Part shown: in pieces, positions 15,201 through 29,700 of the stretch
Layout of the letters: every line of letters starts with the position of its first letter
Position numbering within the stretch: the stretch's first letter is position 1
From: Eledone cirrhosa
Lineage: Eukaryota
Assembly (NCBI GenBank): GCA_964016885.1
Contig: OZ024740.1
Span: 9,238,001-9,302,000 of the forward strand
DNA length: 64,000 nucleotides
Direction: 5' to 3'
Notes under the pieces: model-generated
Seen by the model: the letters and a program-made list of their open reading frames with translations, nothing else
Told to the model about the DNA's origin: nothing
The model's database searches: none
Position numbers and translations under genes: made by a program

Positions 15201-16880
15201 GTATATCGGTTTCGATTGGTATATCAGTTTCAATTGGTATGTCAGTTTCTATTGGTATATCAGTTTCGATTGGTATATCAGTTTCTATTGGTATATCAGT
15301 TCCGTTTAGTATATCAGTTTCGATTGGTATATCAGTTACCATTGGTATATCAGTTTCAATTGGTATGTCAGTTTCGATTAGTATGTCAGTTTCAATTGGT
15401 ATGTCAGTTTCGATTAGTATATCAGTTTCTATTGGTATGTCAGTTTCGATTGGTATGTCAGTTTCTATTTGTATATCAGTTTTGATTGGTATATCAGTTT
15501 CGATTGGTATATCAGTTTCTATTGGTATGTCAGTTTCTATTGGTATGTCAGTTTCAATTGGTATATCAGTTTCGATTGGTATGTCAGATTTATTGGTATG
15601 TCAATTTCGATTGGTATATCAGTTTCGATTGGTATGTCAGTTTCTATTGGTATATTAGTTTATATTTGTATGTCATTTCCGATTGGTATGTCAGTTTGTA
15701 TTGGTATATCAGTTTTGATTGGTATGTTAGTTTCTGTTGGTATGTCAGATTCTATTGCTATATCAATTTCGATTGGTATGTCAGTTTCGATTGGTATATC
15801 AGTTTCGATTTGTATGTCAGTTTCGATTGGTATGTCAGTTTCGATTGGTATGTCTGTTTCCATTAGTATATCAGTTTCGATTGGTATATCAGTTTCTATT
15901 AGTATGTCAGTTTCTATTGGTATATCGGTTTCCATTGGTATATCAGTTTCAATTGGTATGTCAGTTTCTATTGGTATATCAGTTTCTATTGGTATATCCG
16001 TTTCGATTGGTATATGAGTTTCTATTGGTATATCAGTTTCGATTAGTATATCATTTTCTATTTGTATGTCAGTTTCGATTGGTATGTCAGTTTCTATTGG
16101 TATATCAGTTTCGATTGGTATACCAGTTTCGATTGGTATATCAGTTTCGATTGGTATGTCAGTTTCTATTATTATGTCAGTTTCTATTGGTATGTCAGTT
16201 TCAATTGGTATATCAGTTTCGATTGGTATGTCAGATTTATTGGTATGTCAATTTCGATTGGTATATCAGTTTCGATTGGTATGTCAGTTTCTATTGGTAT
16301 ATCAGTTTTGATTGTTTGTTAGTTTCTGTTGGTATGTCAGTTCCGATTGGTATGTTAGTCCTCGATTCGTATGACAGTTTCAATTGGTATGTCAGTTTCG
16401 ATTGGTATGTCAGTTTCGATTAGTATGTCAGTTTTGATTGGTTTGTCAGTTTCTATTGGTATAGCGGTTTCCATTGGTATATCAGTTTCAATTGGTATGT
16501 CAGTTTCTATTGGTATATCAGTTTCTATTGGTATGTCAATTGTGATTTGTATGTAAGTTTCTATTGGTATATCAGTTTCGATTGGTATATCAGTTTCTAT
16601 TCGTATATCATTTCCGATTGGTATATCAGTTTCGATTTCTATATCAATTTCTATTGGTATATCAGTTCCGATTGGTATATCAGTTTCAATTGGTATATCA
16701 GTTTCTATTGATATACCAGTTTCGATTAGTATGTCAGTTTCTATTGGTATGTAAGTTTCGATTACCATATCAATTTCTATTGGTATGTCAGTTTCGATTG
16801 GTATGTCAGTTTCTACTGGTATGTTAGTCCTCGATTCGTATGTCAGTTTCTATTGGTATATCAATTTTGATTGGTATGTC
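12300..16880 (+). repeat. Near-identical copy of about 6470-11070 (offset 5829-5830 bp)
   Basis: ORF pairs 6666/12495, 7266/13095, 8762/14591, 9640/15469, 10541/16371; ends approximate. Confidence 0.88.
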
Positions 16881-16929
16881 AGTTTCTATTGGTATGTCAG
16901 TTTCTATTGGTATATCAATTTTGATTGGT

Positions 16930-19900
16930 ATATCAGTTTCTATTGGTATGTCAGTTTCTATTGGTATGTCAGTTTCAATTGGTATATCAGTTTCGATTGG
17001 TATGTCAGTTTCTATTGGTATATCAGTTTATATTTGTATGTCAGTTTCGATTGGTATGTCACTTTCTATTGGTATATCAGTTTTGATTGGTATGTTAGAT
17101 TCTGTTGGTATGTTAGTTCCGATTGGTATGTTAGTGCTCGATTCGTATGTCAGTTTCTATTGGTATTTCAGTTTCGATTAGTATGTCAGTTTCGATTCGT
17201 ATGTCAGTTTCAATTGGTATGTCAGTTTCGATTGGTATGTCAGTTTCTATTGGTATATCAGTTTCTAATGGTATATCAGTTTCTATTGGTATGTCAGTTT
17301 CTATTGTTATATCAGTTTCGATTGATATACCAGTTTCGATTAGTATGTCAGTTTATATTGGTATGTCAGTTTCGATTAGTATATCAGTTTCTATTGGTAT
17401 GTCAGTTTCGATTGGTATGTCAGTTTCTATTGGTATATCAGTTTCGATTGGTATATCAGTTTCGATTGGTATATCAGTTTCGATTGGTATGTCAGTTTCT
17501 ATTGGTATGTCAGTTTCTATTAGTATGTCAGTTTCAATCGGGATATCAGTTTCGATTGGTATGTCAGATTTATTGGTATGTCAATTTCGATTGGTATATC
17601 AGTTTCGATTGGTATGTCAGTTTCTATTGGTATATCAGTTTATATTTGTATGTCATTTTCGATTGGTATGTCAGTTTCTATTGGTATATCAGTTTTGATT
17701 GGTATATTAGTTTCTGTTGGTATGTCAGTTTCTATTGGTATATCAGTTTCCATTGGTATATCAGTTTCAATTGGTATGTCAGTTTCTATTGTTATATCAG
17801 TTTCTATTGGTATGCCAGTTGTGATTGGTATGTCAGTTTCTATTGGTATATCAGTTTCGATTGGTATATCACTTTCTATTGGTATATCAGTTCCGATTGG
17901 TATATCAGTTTCGATTTGTATATCAGTTTCTATTGGTATATCAGTTCCGATTGGTATATCAGTTTTGATTGGAATATCAGTTGCTATTGGTATATCAGTT
18001 TCGATTGATATACCAGTTTCGATTAGTATGTCAGTTTCTATTCGTATGTAAGTTTCGATTAGTATATTAGTTTCTATTGGTATGTCAGTTTCGATTGGTA
18101 TGTCAGTTTCTATTGGTATATCAGTTTCTATTGGTATGTCAGATTTATTGGTATGTCAATTTCGATTGGTATGTCAGTTTCTATTATTATGTCAGTTTCT
18201 ATTGGTATGTCAGTTTCAATTGGTATATCAGTTTCGATTGGTATGTCAGATTTATTGGTATATCAGTTTTGAATGGTATGTCAGTTTCGATTGGTATGTC
18301 AGTTTCTATTGGTATATCAGTTTTGATTGTTTGTTAGTTTCTGTTGGTATGTCAGTTCCGATTGGTATGTTAGTCCTCGATTCGTATGTCAGTTTCTATT
18401 GGTATATCAATTTCGATTGGTATGTCAGTTTATATTGGTATGTCAGTTTCTATTGGTATATCAGTTTCGATTGGTATGTCAGTTTCGAATAGTATATCAG
18501 TTTCTAATAGTATGTCAGTTTCTATTGGTATATCAATTTCGATTGGTATATCAGTTTCAATTAGTATATCAGTTTCGATTCGTATATCAGTTTCAATTGG
18601 TATGTCAGTTTCTATTGGTATATCAGTTTCTAGTGGTATGTCATTTTTGATTGGTATGTCAGTTTCTATTGATATATCAGTTCCGATTGTTATATCAGTT
18701 TCGATTGGTATATCAGTTCCGATTGGTATATCAGTTTCTATTGGTATGTCAGTTTCTATTGGTATTTCAATTTCGATTGGTATATCAGTTCCGATTAGTA
18801 TGTCAGTTTCGATTTGTATGTCAGTTTCGATTGGTACGTCAGTTTTGATTGGTATGTCAGTTTCGATTTGTATATCAGCTTCAATTCCTATGTCAGTTTC
18901 GATTGGTATGTCAGTTTCGATTGGTATGTCAGTTTCGATTAGTATGTCAGTTTCGATTGGTATATTAGTTTTGATTAGTATGTCAGTTTCTATTGGTATA
19001 TCGGTTTCGATTGGTATATCAGTTTCAATTGGTATGTCAGTTTCTATTGGTATATCAGTTTCGATTGGTATATCAGTTTCTATTGGTATATCAGTTCCGT
19101 TTAGTATATCAGTTTCGATTGGTATATCAGTTACCATTGGTATATCAGTTTCAATTGGTATGTCAGTTTCGATTAGTATGTCAGTTTCAATTGGTATGTC
19201 AGTTTCGATTAGTATATCAGTTTCTATTGGTATGTCAGTTTCGATTGGTATGTCAGTTTCTATTTGTATATCAGTTTTGATTGGTATATCAGTTTCGATT
19301 GGTATATCAGTTTCTATTGGTATGTCAGTTTCTATTGGTATGTCAGTTTCAATTGGTATATCAGTTTCGATTGGTATGTCAGATTTATTGGTATGTCAAT
19401 TTCGATTGGTATATCAGTTTCGATTGGTATGTCAGTTTCTATTGGTATATTAGTTTATATTTGTATGTCATTTCCGATTGGTATGTCAGTTTGTATTGGT
19501 ATATCAGTTTTGATTGGTATGTTAGTTTCTGTTGGTATGTCAGATTCTATTGCTATATCAATTTCGATTGGTATGTCAGTTTCGATTGGTATATCAGTTT
19601 CGATTTGTATGTCAGTTTCGATTGGTATGTCAGTTTCGATTGGTATGTCTGTTTCCATTAGTATATCAGTTTCGATTGGTATATCAGTTTCTATTAGTAT
19701 GTCAGTTTCTATTGGTATATCGGTTTCCATTGGTATATCAGTTTCAATTGGTATGTCAGTTTCTATTGGTATATCAGTTTCTATTGGTATATCCGTTTCG
19801 ATTGGTATATGAGTTTCTATTGGTATATCAGTTTCGATTAGTATATCATTTTCTATTTGTATGTCAGTTTCGATTGGTATGTCAGTTTCTATTGGTATAT

Positions 19901-20700
19901 CAGTTTCGATTGGTATACCAGTTTCGATTGGTATATCAGTTTCGATTGGTATGTCAGTTTCTATTATTATGTCAGTTTCTATTGGTATGTCAGTTTCAAT
20001 TGGTATATCAGTTTCGATTGGTATGTCAGATTTATTGGTATGTCAATTTCGATTGGTATATCAGTTTCGATTGGTATGTCAGTTTCTATTGGTATATCAG
20101 TTTTGATTGTTTGTTAGTTTCTGTTGGTATGTCAGTTCCGATTGGTATGTTAGTCCTCGATTCGTATGACAGTTTCAATTGGTATGTCAGTTTCGATTGG
20201 TATGTCAGTTTCGATTAGTATGTCAGTTTTGATTGGTTTGTCAGTTTCTATTGGTATAGCGGTTTCCATTGGTATATCAGTTTCAATTGGTATGTCAGTT
20301 TCTATTGGTATATCAGTTTCTATTGGTATGTCAATTGTGATTTGTATGTAAGTTTCTATTGGTATATCAGTTTCGATTGGTATATCAGTTTCTATTGGTA
20401 TATCAGTTTCGATTGGTATATCAGTTTCTATTCGTATATCATTTCCGATTGGTATATCAGTTTCGATTTCTATATCAATTTCTATTGGTATATCAGTTCC
20501 GATTGGTATATCAGTTTCAATTGGTATATCAGTTTCTATTGATATACCAGTTTCGATTAGTATGTCAGTTTCTATTGGTATGTAAGTTTCGATTACTATA
20601 TCAATTTCTATTGGTATGTCAGTTTCGATTGGTATGTCAGTTTCTACTGGTATGTTAGTCCTCGATTCGTATGTCAGTTTCTATTGGTATATCAATTTTG
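16930..20700 (+). repeat. Tandem copy of about 13130-16880 (offset 3795 bp); third copy of this block
   Basis: ORF pairs 13352/17147, 14591/18386, 15469/19264, 16371/20166; ends approximate. Confidence 0.88.
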
Positions 20701-23700
20701 ATTGGTATGTCAGTTTCTATTGGTATGCCAGTTTCTATTGGTATATCAGTTTCGATTGGTATATCAGTTTCGATTAGTATGTCAGTTTCGATTCGTTTGT
20801 CAGTTTCAATTGGTATGTCAGTTTCGATTGGTATGTCAGTTTCGATTAGTATGTCAGTTTCTATTGGTATATCAGTTTCTATTGGTATGTCAGTTTTGAT
20901 TGGTATGTCAGTTTCTATTGGTATATCAGTTTCGATTGGTATATCAGTTTCTATTAGTATATCAGTTCCAATTGGTATATCAGTTTCGATTGCTATGTCA
21001 GTTTCGATTACTATATCAGTTTCTATTGGTATATCAGTTTCTATTGGTATGTCAATTGTGATTTGTATTTAAGTTTCTATTGGTATATCAGTTTCGATTG
21101 GTATATCAGTTTCTATTCGTATATCATTTCCGATTGGTATATCAGTTTCGATTTCTATATCAATTTCTATTGGTATATCAGTTCCGATTGGTATATCAGT
21201 TTCAATTGGTATATCAGTTTCTATTGGTATATCAGTTTCGATTGATATACCAGTTTCGATTAGTATGTCAGTTTCTATTGGTATGTAAGTTTCGATTACT
21301 ATATCAATTTCTATTGGTATGTCAGTTTCGATTGGTATGTCAGTTTCTATTGGTATGTTAGTCCTCGATTCGTATGTCAGTTTCTATTGGTATATCAATT
21401 TTGATTGGTATGTCAGTTTCTATTGGTATGCCAGTTTCTATTGGTATATCAGTTTCGATTGGTATATCAGTTTCGATTAGTATGTCAGTTTCGATTCGTT
21501 TGTCAGTTTCAATTGGTATGTCAGTTTCGATTGGTATGTCAGTTTCGATTAGTATGTCAGTTTCTATTGGTATATCAGTTTCTATTGGTATGTCAGTTTT
21601 GATTGGTATGTCAGTTTCTATTGGTATATCAGTTTCGATTGGTATATCAGTTTCTATTAGTATATCAGTTCCAATTGGTATATCAGTTTCGATTGCTATG
21701 TCAGTTTCGATTACTATATCAGTTTCTATTGCTATGTCAGTTTGGATTGGTTTGTCAGTTTCTATTGGTATATCAGTTTCTATAGGTATATCAGTTTCTA
21801 TTGGTATGTCAGTTTCGATTGGTATGTTAGTCCTCGATTTGTATGTCAGTTTCTATTGGTATAGCAATTTCGATTGGTAGGTCAGTTTCTATTGGTAGTT
21901 CAGATTCTATTGATATATTAATTTCGATTGGTATGTCAGTTTCGATTTGTATATAATTTTCGATTCGTATGTCAGTATCGATTGGTATGTCAGTTTCGAT
22001 TGGTATGTCAGTTTCAATTTGTATGTCAGTTTCGATTGGTATATCAGTATCGATTAGTATGTCAGTTTCTATTGGTATATAAGTTTTGATTAGTATATCA
22101 GTTACTATTGATATGTCAGTTTCGATTGGTATGTCAGTTTCAATTGGTATGTCACTTTCTAATGGTATATAAGATTCGATTGGTATGTTAGTTTCGATTA
22201 GTATATCAGCTTCTATTGGTACGTGAGTTTCTATTGTTATGTCAGTTTCGATTGGTATATAAGTTTCGAATAGTATGTCATTTTCTATTGGTATATCGGT
22301 TTCCATTGGTATATCAGTTTCGATTGGTATGTCAGTTTCTATTGGTATATCAGTTTCTATTGGTATGTCAGTTTTGATTGGTATGTCAGTTTCTATTGGT
22401 ATATCAGTTTCTATTGGTATATCAGTTTCTATTGGTATATCAGTTTTGATTGGTATGTTAGTTTCTATTGGTATGTCAGTTTTGATTAGCATATCAGTTT
22501 CTATTGGTATGTCAGTTTCGATTGGTATGTTAGTCCTCGATTTGTATGTCAGTTTCTATTGGTATATCAATTTCGATTGGTAGGTCAGTTTCTATTGGTA
22601 CATCAGTTTCGATTGGCATGTCAGTTTCTATTTGTATGTCAGTTTCGATTGGTATGTGAGTTTCGATTGGTATATCAGTATCGATGGGTATGTCAGTTTT
22701 GATTGGTATGTCAGTTTCTATTGGTATATCAGTTTCGATTGGTATGTCAATTTTGATTGGTATGTCAGTTTCTATTGGTATATGAGTTTCAATTGGTATA
22801 TCAGTTTTAATTGGTATATCAGTTTCCATTGGTATGTCAGTTTCGATTAGTATATCAGTGTGTATTGGTATATCAGTTTCGATTGCTATGTCAATTTCGA
22901 TTGGTATTTCAGTTTCGATTGGTATATCAGTTTCGATTTGTATGTCAGTTTCGATTGGTATATCAGTTTCGATTTATATGTCAGTTTCGATTGCTATGTC
23001 AGATTCTACTGGTATATCAGTTTCTATTGGTATGTCAGTTTCTATTGGTATATCAGATTCGATTGGTATATCAGTTTCTATTGGTATATCAGTTTTGATT
23101 GGTATGTCATTTTCATTTGTATATCAGTTTCGATTGGTATATCAGTTTCGGTTGGTATGTCAGTTTTGATTAGTATATCAGTTTCTATTGGTATGTCAAT
23201 TTCGATTGGTATGTTAGTCCTCGATTTGTTTGTCAGTTTCTATTGGTATATCAGTTTTAATTGGTATATCAGTTTCGATTGGTATGTCAGTTTCGATTAG
23301 TATATCAGTTTCTATTGGTATATCAGTTTCGATTGCTATGTCAATTTCGATTGGTATATCAGTTTCGATTGGTATGTCAGTTTCGATTAGTATATCAGTT
23401 TCGATTTGTATGTCAGTTTCGATTGGTATATCAGTTTCGATTTATATGTCAGTTTCGATTGGTATGTCAGTTTCTATTGGTATGTCAGTTTCTATTGGTA
23501 TATCAGTTCCTATTGGTATATCAGTTTCGATTTGTATGTCAGTTTCGATTAGTAAATCATTTTCTATTTGTATGTCAGTTTCTATTGGTATATCAGTTTC
23601 TATTGTAATATCAGTTTCGATTGGTATGTCAATTTCGATTGGTATATCAGTTTCGATTCGTATATCAGTTTCGATTGGTATGTCAGTTTCGATTGGTACG

Positions 23701-23799
23701 TCAGTTTTGATTGGTATGTCAGTTTCTATTGTTATATCAGTTTCGATTGATATATCAGTTTCTATTGATGTGTCAGTTTCGCTTAGTATATCAGTTTCT

Positions 23800-23817
23800 A
23801 TGATGATGATGATGATG
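23800..23817 (+). repeat. (ATG)6 microsatellite embedded in a satellite monomer; probable RTE tail-only remnant
   Basis: TTTCT(ATG)6TCAGTTTCTATTGG matches the 3' junction of the LINE at 45271-45300. Confidence 0.75.
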
Positions 23818-26727
23818 TCAGTTTCTATTGGTATATCAGTTTCCATTTGTATATCAGTTTCGATTGGTATGTCAGTTTGTATTGGTATATCAGTTTCTAT
23901 TGGTATATCAGTCTCAAATGGTATGTCAGTTTCTATTGGTATGTCAGTTTTGATTAGTATATCAGTTTCTATTGGTATGTCAATTTTCGATTGGTATGTC
24001 AGTTTCTATTGGTATATCAGTTCCTATTGGTATATCAGTTTCGATTGGTATGTCAGTTTCGATTAGTAAATCAGTTTCTATTTCTATGTCAGTTTCGATT
24101 GGTATATCAGTTCCCATTGGTATATCAGTTTTGATTGGTATGTCAGTTTCGATTCGTGTGTCAGTTTCTATTGGTATATCAGTTTCTATTGGTATATCAG
24201 TTTCTATTAGTATATCAGTTCCGATTGGTATATCAGTTTCGATTGGTATGTCAGTTTCGATTACTATATCAGTTTCTATTAGTATAACAGTTCCGATTGG
24301 TATATCAGTTTCGATTTCTATATCAATTTCTATTGGTATGTCAGTTTTGATTGGTTTGTCAGTTTCTATTGGTATATCAGTTTCGATTGGTATATCAGTT
24401 TCTATTAGTATAACAGTTCCGATTGGTATATCAGTTTCGATTTCTATATCAATTTCTATTGGTATATCAGTTCCGATTGGTATATCAGTTTCAATTGGTA
24501 TATCAGTTTCTATTGGTATGTCAGTTTTGATTGGTATGTCAGTTTCTATTGGTATATCAGTTTCTATTGATATACCAGTTTCGATTAGTATGTCAGTTTC
24601 TATTGGTATGTAAGTTTCGATTACTATATCAATTTCTATTGGCATGTCAGTTTCGATTGGTATGTCAGTTTCTATTGGTATGTTAGTCCTCGATTCGTAT
24701 GTCAGTTTCTATTGGTATATCAATTTTGATTGGTATGTCAGTTTCTATTGGTATGCCAGTTTCTATTGGTATATCAGTTTCGATTGGTATATCAGTTTCG
24801 ATTAGTATGTCAGTTTCGATTCGTTTGTCAGTTTCAATTGGTATGTCAGTTTCGATTGGTATGTCAGTTTCGATTAGTATGTCAGTTTCTATTGGTATAT
24901 CAGTTTCTATTGGTATGTCAGTTTTGATTGGTATGTCAGTTTCTATTGGTATATCAGTTTCGATTGGTATATCAGTTTCTATTAGTATATCAGTTCCAAT
25001 TGGTATATCAGTTTCGATTGCTATGTCAGTTTCGATTACTATATCAGTTTCTATTGGTATGTCAGTTTGGATTGGTTTGTTAGTTTCTATTGGTATATCA
25101 GTTTCTATAGGTATATCAGTTTCTATTGGTATGTCAGTTTCGATTGGTATGTTAGTCCTCGATTTGTATGTCAGTTTCTATTGGTATAGCAATTTCGATT
25201 GGTAGGTCAGTTTCTATTAGTATGTCAGATTCTATTGATATATTAATTTCGATTGGTATGTCAGTTTCGATTTGTATATAATTTTCGATTGGTATGTCAG
25301 TATCGATTGGTATGTCAGTTTCGATTGGTATGTCAGTTTCAATTTGTATGTCAGTTTCGATTGGTATATCAGTATCGATTAGTATGTCAGTTTCTATTGG
25401 TATATAAGTTTTGATTAGTATATCAGTTACTATTGATATGTCAGTTTCGATTGGTATGTCAGTTTCAATTGGTAGGTCAGTTTCTATTGGTACATCAGTT
25501 TCGATTGGCATGTCAGTTTCTATTTGTATGTCAGTTTCGATTGGTATGTGAGTTTCGATTGGTATATCAGTATCGATGGGTATGTCAGTTTTGATTGGTA
25601 TGTCAGTTTCTATTGGTATATCAGTTTCGATTGGTATGACAATTTTGATTGGTATGTCAGTTTCTATTGGTATATGAGTTTCAATTGGTATATCAGTTTT
25701 AATTGGTATATCAGTTTCCATTGGTATGTCAGTTTCGATTAGTATATCAGTGTGTATTGGTATATCAGTTTCGATTGCTATGTCAATTTCGATTGGTATT
25801 TCAGTTTCGATTGGTGTATCAGTTTCGATTTGTATGTCAGTTTCGATTGGTATATCAGTTTCGATTTGTATGTCAGTTTCGATTGGTATATCAGTTTCGA
25901 TTCATATGTCAGTTTCGATTGCTATGTCAGATTCTACTGGTATATCAGTTTCTATTGGTATGTCAGTTTCTATTGGTATATCAGATTCGATTGGTATATC
26001 AGTTTCTATTGGTATATCAGTTTTGATTGGTATGTCATTTTCATTTGTATATCAGTTTCGATTGGTATATCAGTTTCGGTTGGTATGTCAGTTTTGATTA
26101 GTATATCAGTTTCTATTGGTATGTCAATTTCGATTGGTATGTTAGTCCTCGATTTGTTTGTCAGTTTCTATTGGTATATCAGTTTTAATTGGTATATCAG
26201 TTTCGATTGGTATGTCAGTTTCGATTAGTATATCAGTTTCTATTGGTATATCAGTTTCGATTGCTATGTCAATTTCGATTGGTATATCAGTTTCGATTGG
26301 TATGTCAGTTTCGATTAGTATATCAGTTTCGATTTGTATGTCAGTTTCGATTGGTATATCAGTTTCGATTTATATGTCAGTTTCGATTGGTATGTCAGTT
26401 TCTATTGGTATGTCAGTTTCTATTGGTATATCAGTTCCTATTGGTATATCAGTTTCGATTTGTATGTCAGTTTCGATTAGTAAATCATTTTCTATTTGTA
26501 TGTCAGTTTCTATTGGTATATCAGTCTCTATTGTAATATCAGTTTCGATTGGTATGTCAATTTCGATTGGTATATCAGTTTCGATTCGTATATCAGTTTC
26601 GATTGGTATGTCAGTTTCGATTGGTACGTCAGTTTCGATTGGTATGTCAGTTTCTATTGTTATATCAGTTTCGATTGATATATCAGTTTCTATTGATGTG
26701 TCAGTTTCGATTAGTATATCAGTTTCT

Positions 26728-26745
26728 ATGATGATGATGATGATG
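26728..26745 (+). repeat. (ATG)6 microsatellite, duplicate of 23800-23817 (offset 2928 bp)
   Basis: Same flanking variants; ORF pair 23230/26158 shows the block duplication. Confidence 0.75.
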
Positions 26746-29700
26746 TCAGTTTCTATTGGTATATCAGTTTCCATTTGTATATCAGTTTCGATTGGTATGT
26801 CAGTTTGTATTGGTATATCAGTTTCTATTGGTATATCAGTTTCAAATGGTATGTCAGTTTCTATTGGTATGTCAGTTTTGATTAGTATATCAGTTTCTAT
26901 TGGTATGTCAATTTTCGATTGGTATGTCAGTTTCTATTGGTATATCAGTTCCTATTGGTATATCAGTTTCGATTGGTATGTCAGTTTCGATTAGTAAATC
27001 AGTTTCTATTTCTATGTCAGTTTCGATTGGTATATCAGTTCCCATTGGTATATCAGTTTTGATTGGTATGTCAGTTTCGATTCGTGTGTCAGTTTCTATT
27101 GGTATATCAGTTTCTATTGGTATATCAGTTTCTATTAGTATATCAGTTCCGATTGGTATATCAGTTTCGATTGGTATGTCAGTTTCGATTACTATATCAG
27201 TTTCTATTGGTATGTCAGTTTTGATTGGTTTGTCAGTTTCTATTGGTATATCAGTTTCGATTGGTATATCAGTTTCTATTAGTATAACAGTTCCGATTGG
27301 TATATCAGTTTCGATTGGTATGTCAGTTTCGATTGCTATATCAGTTTCTATTGGTATGTCAGTTTTGATTGGTATGTCAGTTTCTATTGGTATATCAGTT
27401 TCGATTGGTATATCAGTTTCTATTAGTATATCAGTTCCGATTGGTATATCAGTTTCGATTGTTATGTCAGTTTCGATTACTATATCAGTTTCTATTGGTA
27501 TGTCAGTTTTGATTGGTTTGTCAGTTTCTATTGGTATATCAGTTTCTATTGGTATATCAGTTTCTATTGGTATGTCAGTTTCTATTGGTATATCAGTTTT
27601 GATTGGTATGTTAGTTTCTATTGGTATGACAGTTTCGATTAGTGTATCAGTTTCTATTGGTATGTCAGTTTCGATTGGTATGTTAGTCCTCGATTTGTAT
27701 GTCAGTTTATATTGGTATAGCAATTTCGATTAGTAGGTCAGTTTCGATTGGTATGTCTCATTCTATTGGTATATTTATTTCGATTAGTATGTCAGTTTTG
27801 ATTTGTATATAATTTTCGATTCGTATGTCAGTTTCGATTCGTATGTCAGTTTCGATTGGTATGTTAGTCCTCGATCAGTATGTCAGTTTCGATTCGTATG
27901 TCAGTTTCAATTGGTATGTCAGTTTCGATTGGTATGTCAGTTTCGATTAGTATATCAGTTTCTATTCGTATGTCAGTTTTGATTGGTTTGTCAGTTTCTA
28001 TTGGTATATCAGTTTCTATTGGTATATCAGTTTCTATTGGTATGTCAATTTCGATTGGTATGTCAGTTTCTATTGGTATATCAGCTTCAATTGGTATATC
28101 AGTTTCGATTGGTATATCACTTTCGATTGGTATGTCAGTTTCTATTGGTATGTCAGTTTCGATTGGTATGTCAGTTTCTATTGATATATCAGTTTTTATT
28201 TATATGCCAGTTTCAATTGGTATGTCAGTTTCTATTGGTATATCAGTTTTGATTGGTATGTTAGTTTCTGTTGGTATGTCAGTTCCGATTGGTATGTTAG
28301 TCCTCGATTTGTTTGTCAGTTTCTATTGGTATATCAGTTTCGATTGGTATGTCAGTTTCGATTGGTATATCAGTTTCTATTGGTATATCAGTTTCAAATG
28401 GTATGTCAGTTTCTATTGGTATGTCAGTTTTGATTAGTATATCAGTTTCTATTGGTATGTCAATTTTCGATTGGTATGTCAGTTTCTATTGGTATATCAG
28501 TTCCTATTGGTATATCAGTTTCGATTGGTATGTCAGTTTCGATTAGTATATCTGTTTCTATTTGTATGTCAGTTTTTATTGGTATATCAGTTTCTATTGG
28601 TATATCAGTTTCGATTGGTATGTCAATTTCGATTGGTATGTCAGTTTCTATTGGTATATCAGTTCCTATTGGTATATCAGTTTCTATTGGTATATCAGTT
28701 CCGATTGGTATATCAGTTTCGATCGGTATGTCAGTTTCGATTACTATATCAGTTTCTATTGGTATGTCAGTTTCGATTGGTTTGTCAGTTTCTATTGGTA
28801 TATCAGTTTCTATTGGTAATACAGTTTCTATTGGTATGTCAGTTTCTATTGGTATATCAGTTTCGATTGATATACCAGTTTCGATTAGTATGTCAGTTTA
28901 TATTGGTATGTCAGTTTCGATTAGTATATCAGTTTCTATTGGTATGTCAGTTTCGATTGGTATGTCAGTTTCTATTGGTATATCAGTTTCGATTGGTATA
29001 TCAGTTTCGATTGGTATGTCAGTTTCTATTGGTATATCAGTTTATATTTGTATGTCAGTTTCGATTGGTATGTCAGTTCCGATTGGTATGTTAGTCGTCG
29101 ATTCGTATGTCAGTTTCTATTGGTATATCAATTTCGATTGGTATGTGAGTTTCGATTGGTATGTCAGTTTCGATTAGTATATCAGTTTCTATTGGTATGT
29201 CAGTTTCTATTGGTAAATCAATTTCGATTGGTATATCAGTTTCGATTAATATGTCAGTTTCCATTCGTATGTCAGTTTCAATTGGTATGTCCGTTTCGAT
29301 TGGTATGTCCGATTCGATTAGTATGTCAGTTTCTATTGGTATATCAGTTTCTATTGGTATGTCAGTTTTGATTGGTATGTCTGTTTCTATTGGCATATCA
29401 GTTTCGATTGGTATATCAGTTTCTATTAGTATATCAGTTCCGATTGGTGTATCAGTTTCGATTGGTATATCAGTTTCGATTACTATATCAGTTTCTATTG
29501 GTATGTCAGTTTTGATTGGTTTGTCAGTTTCTATTGGTATATCAGTTTCTATTGGTATATCAGTTTCTATTCGTATGTCAGTTCCTATTGCTATATCAGT
29601 TTTGATTGGTATGTTAGTTTCTATTGGTATGAGAGTTTCTATTAGTATATCAGTTTCTATTGGTATGTCAGTTTCGATTGGTATGTTAGTCCTCAATTTG

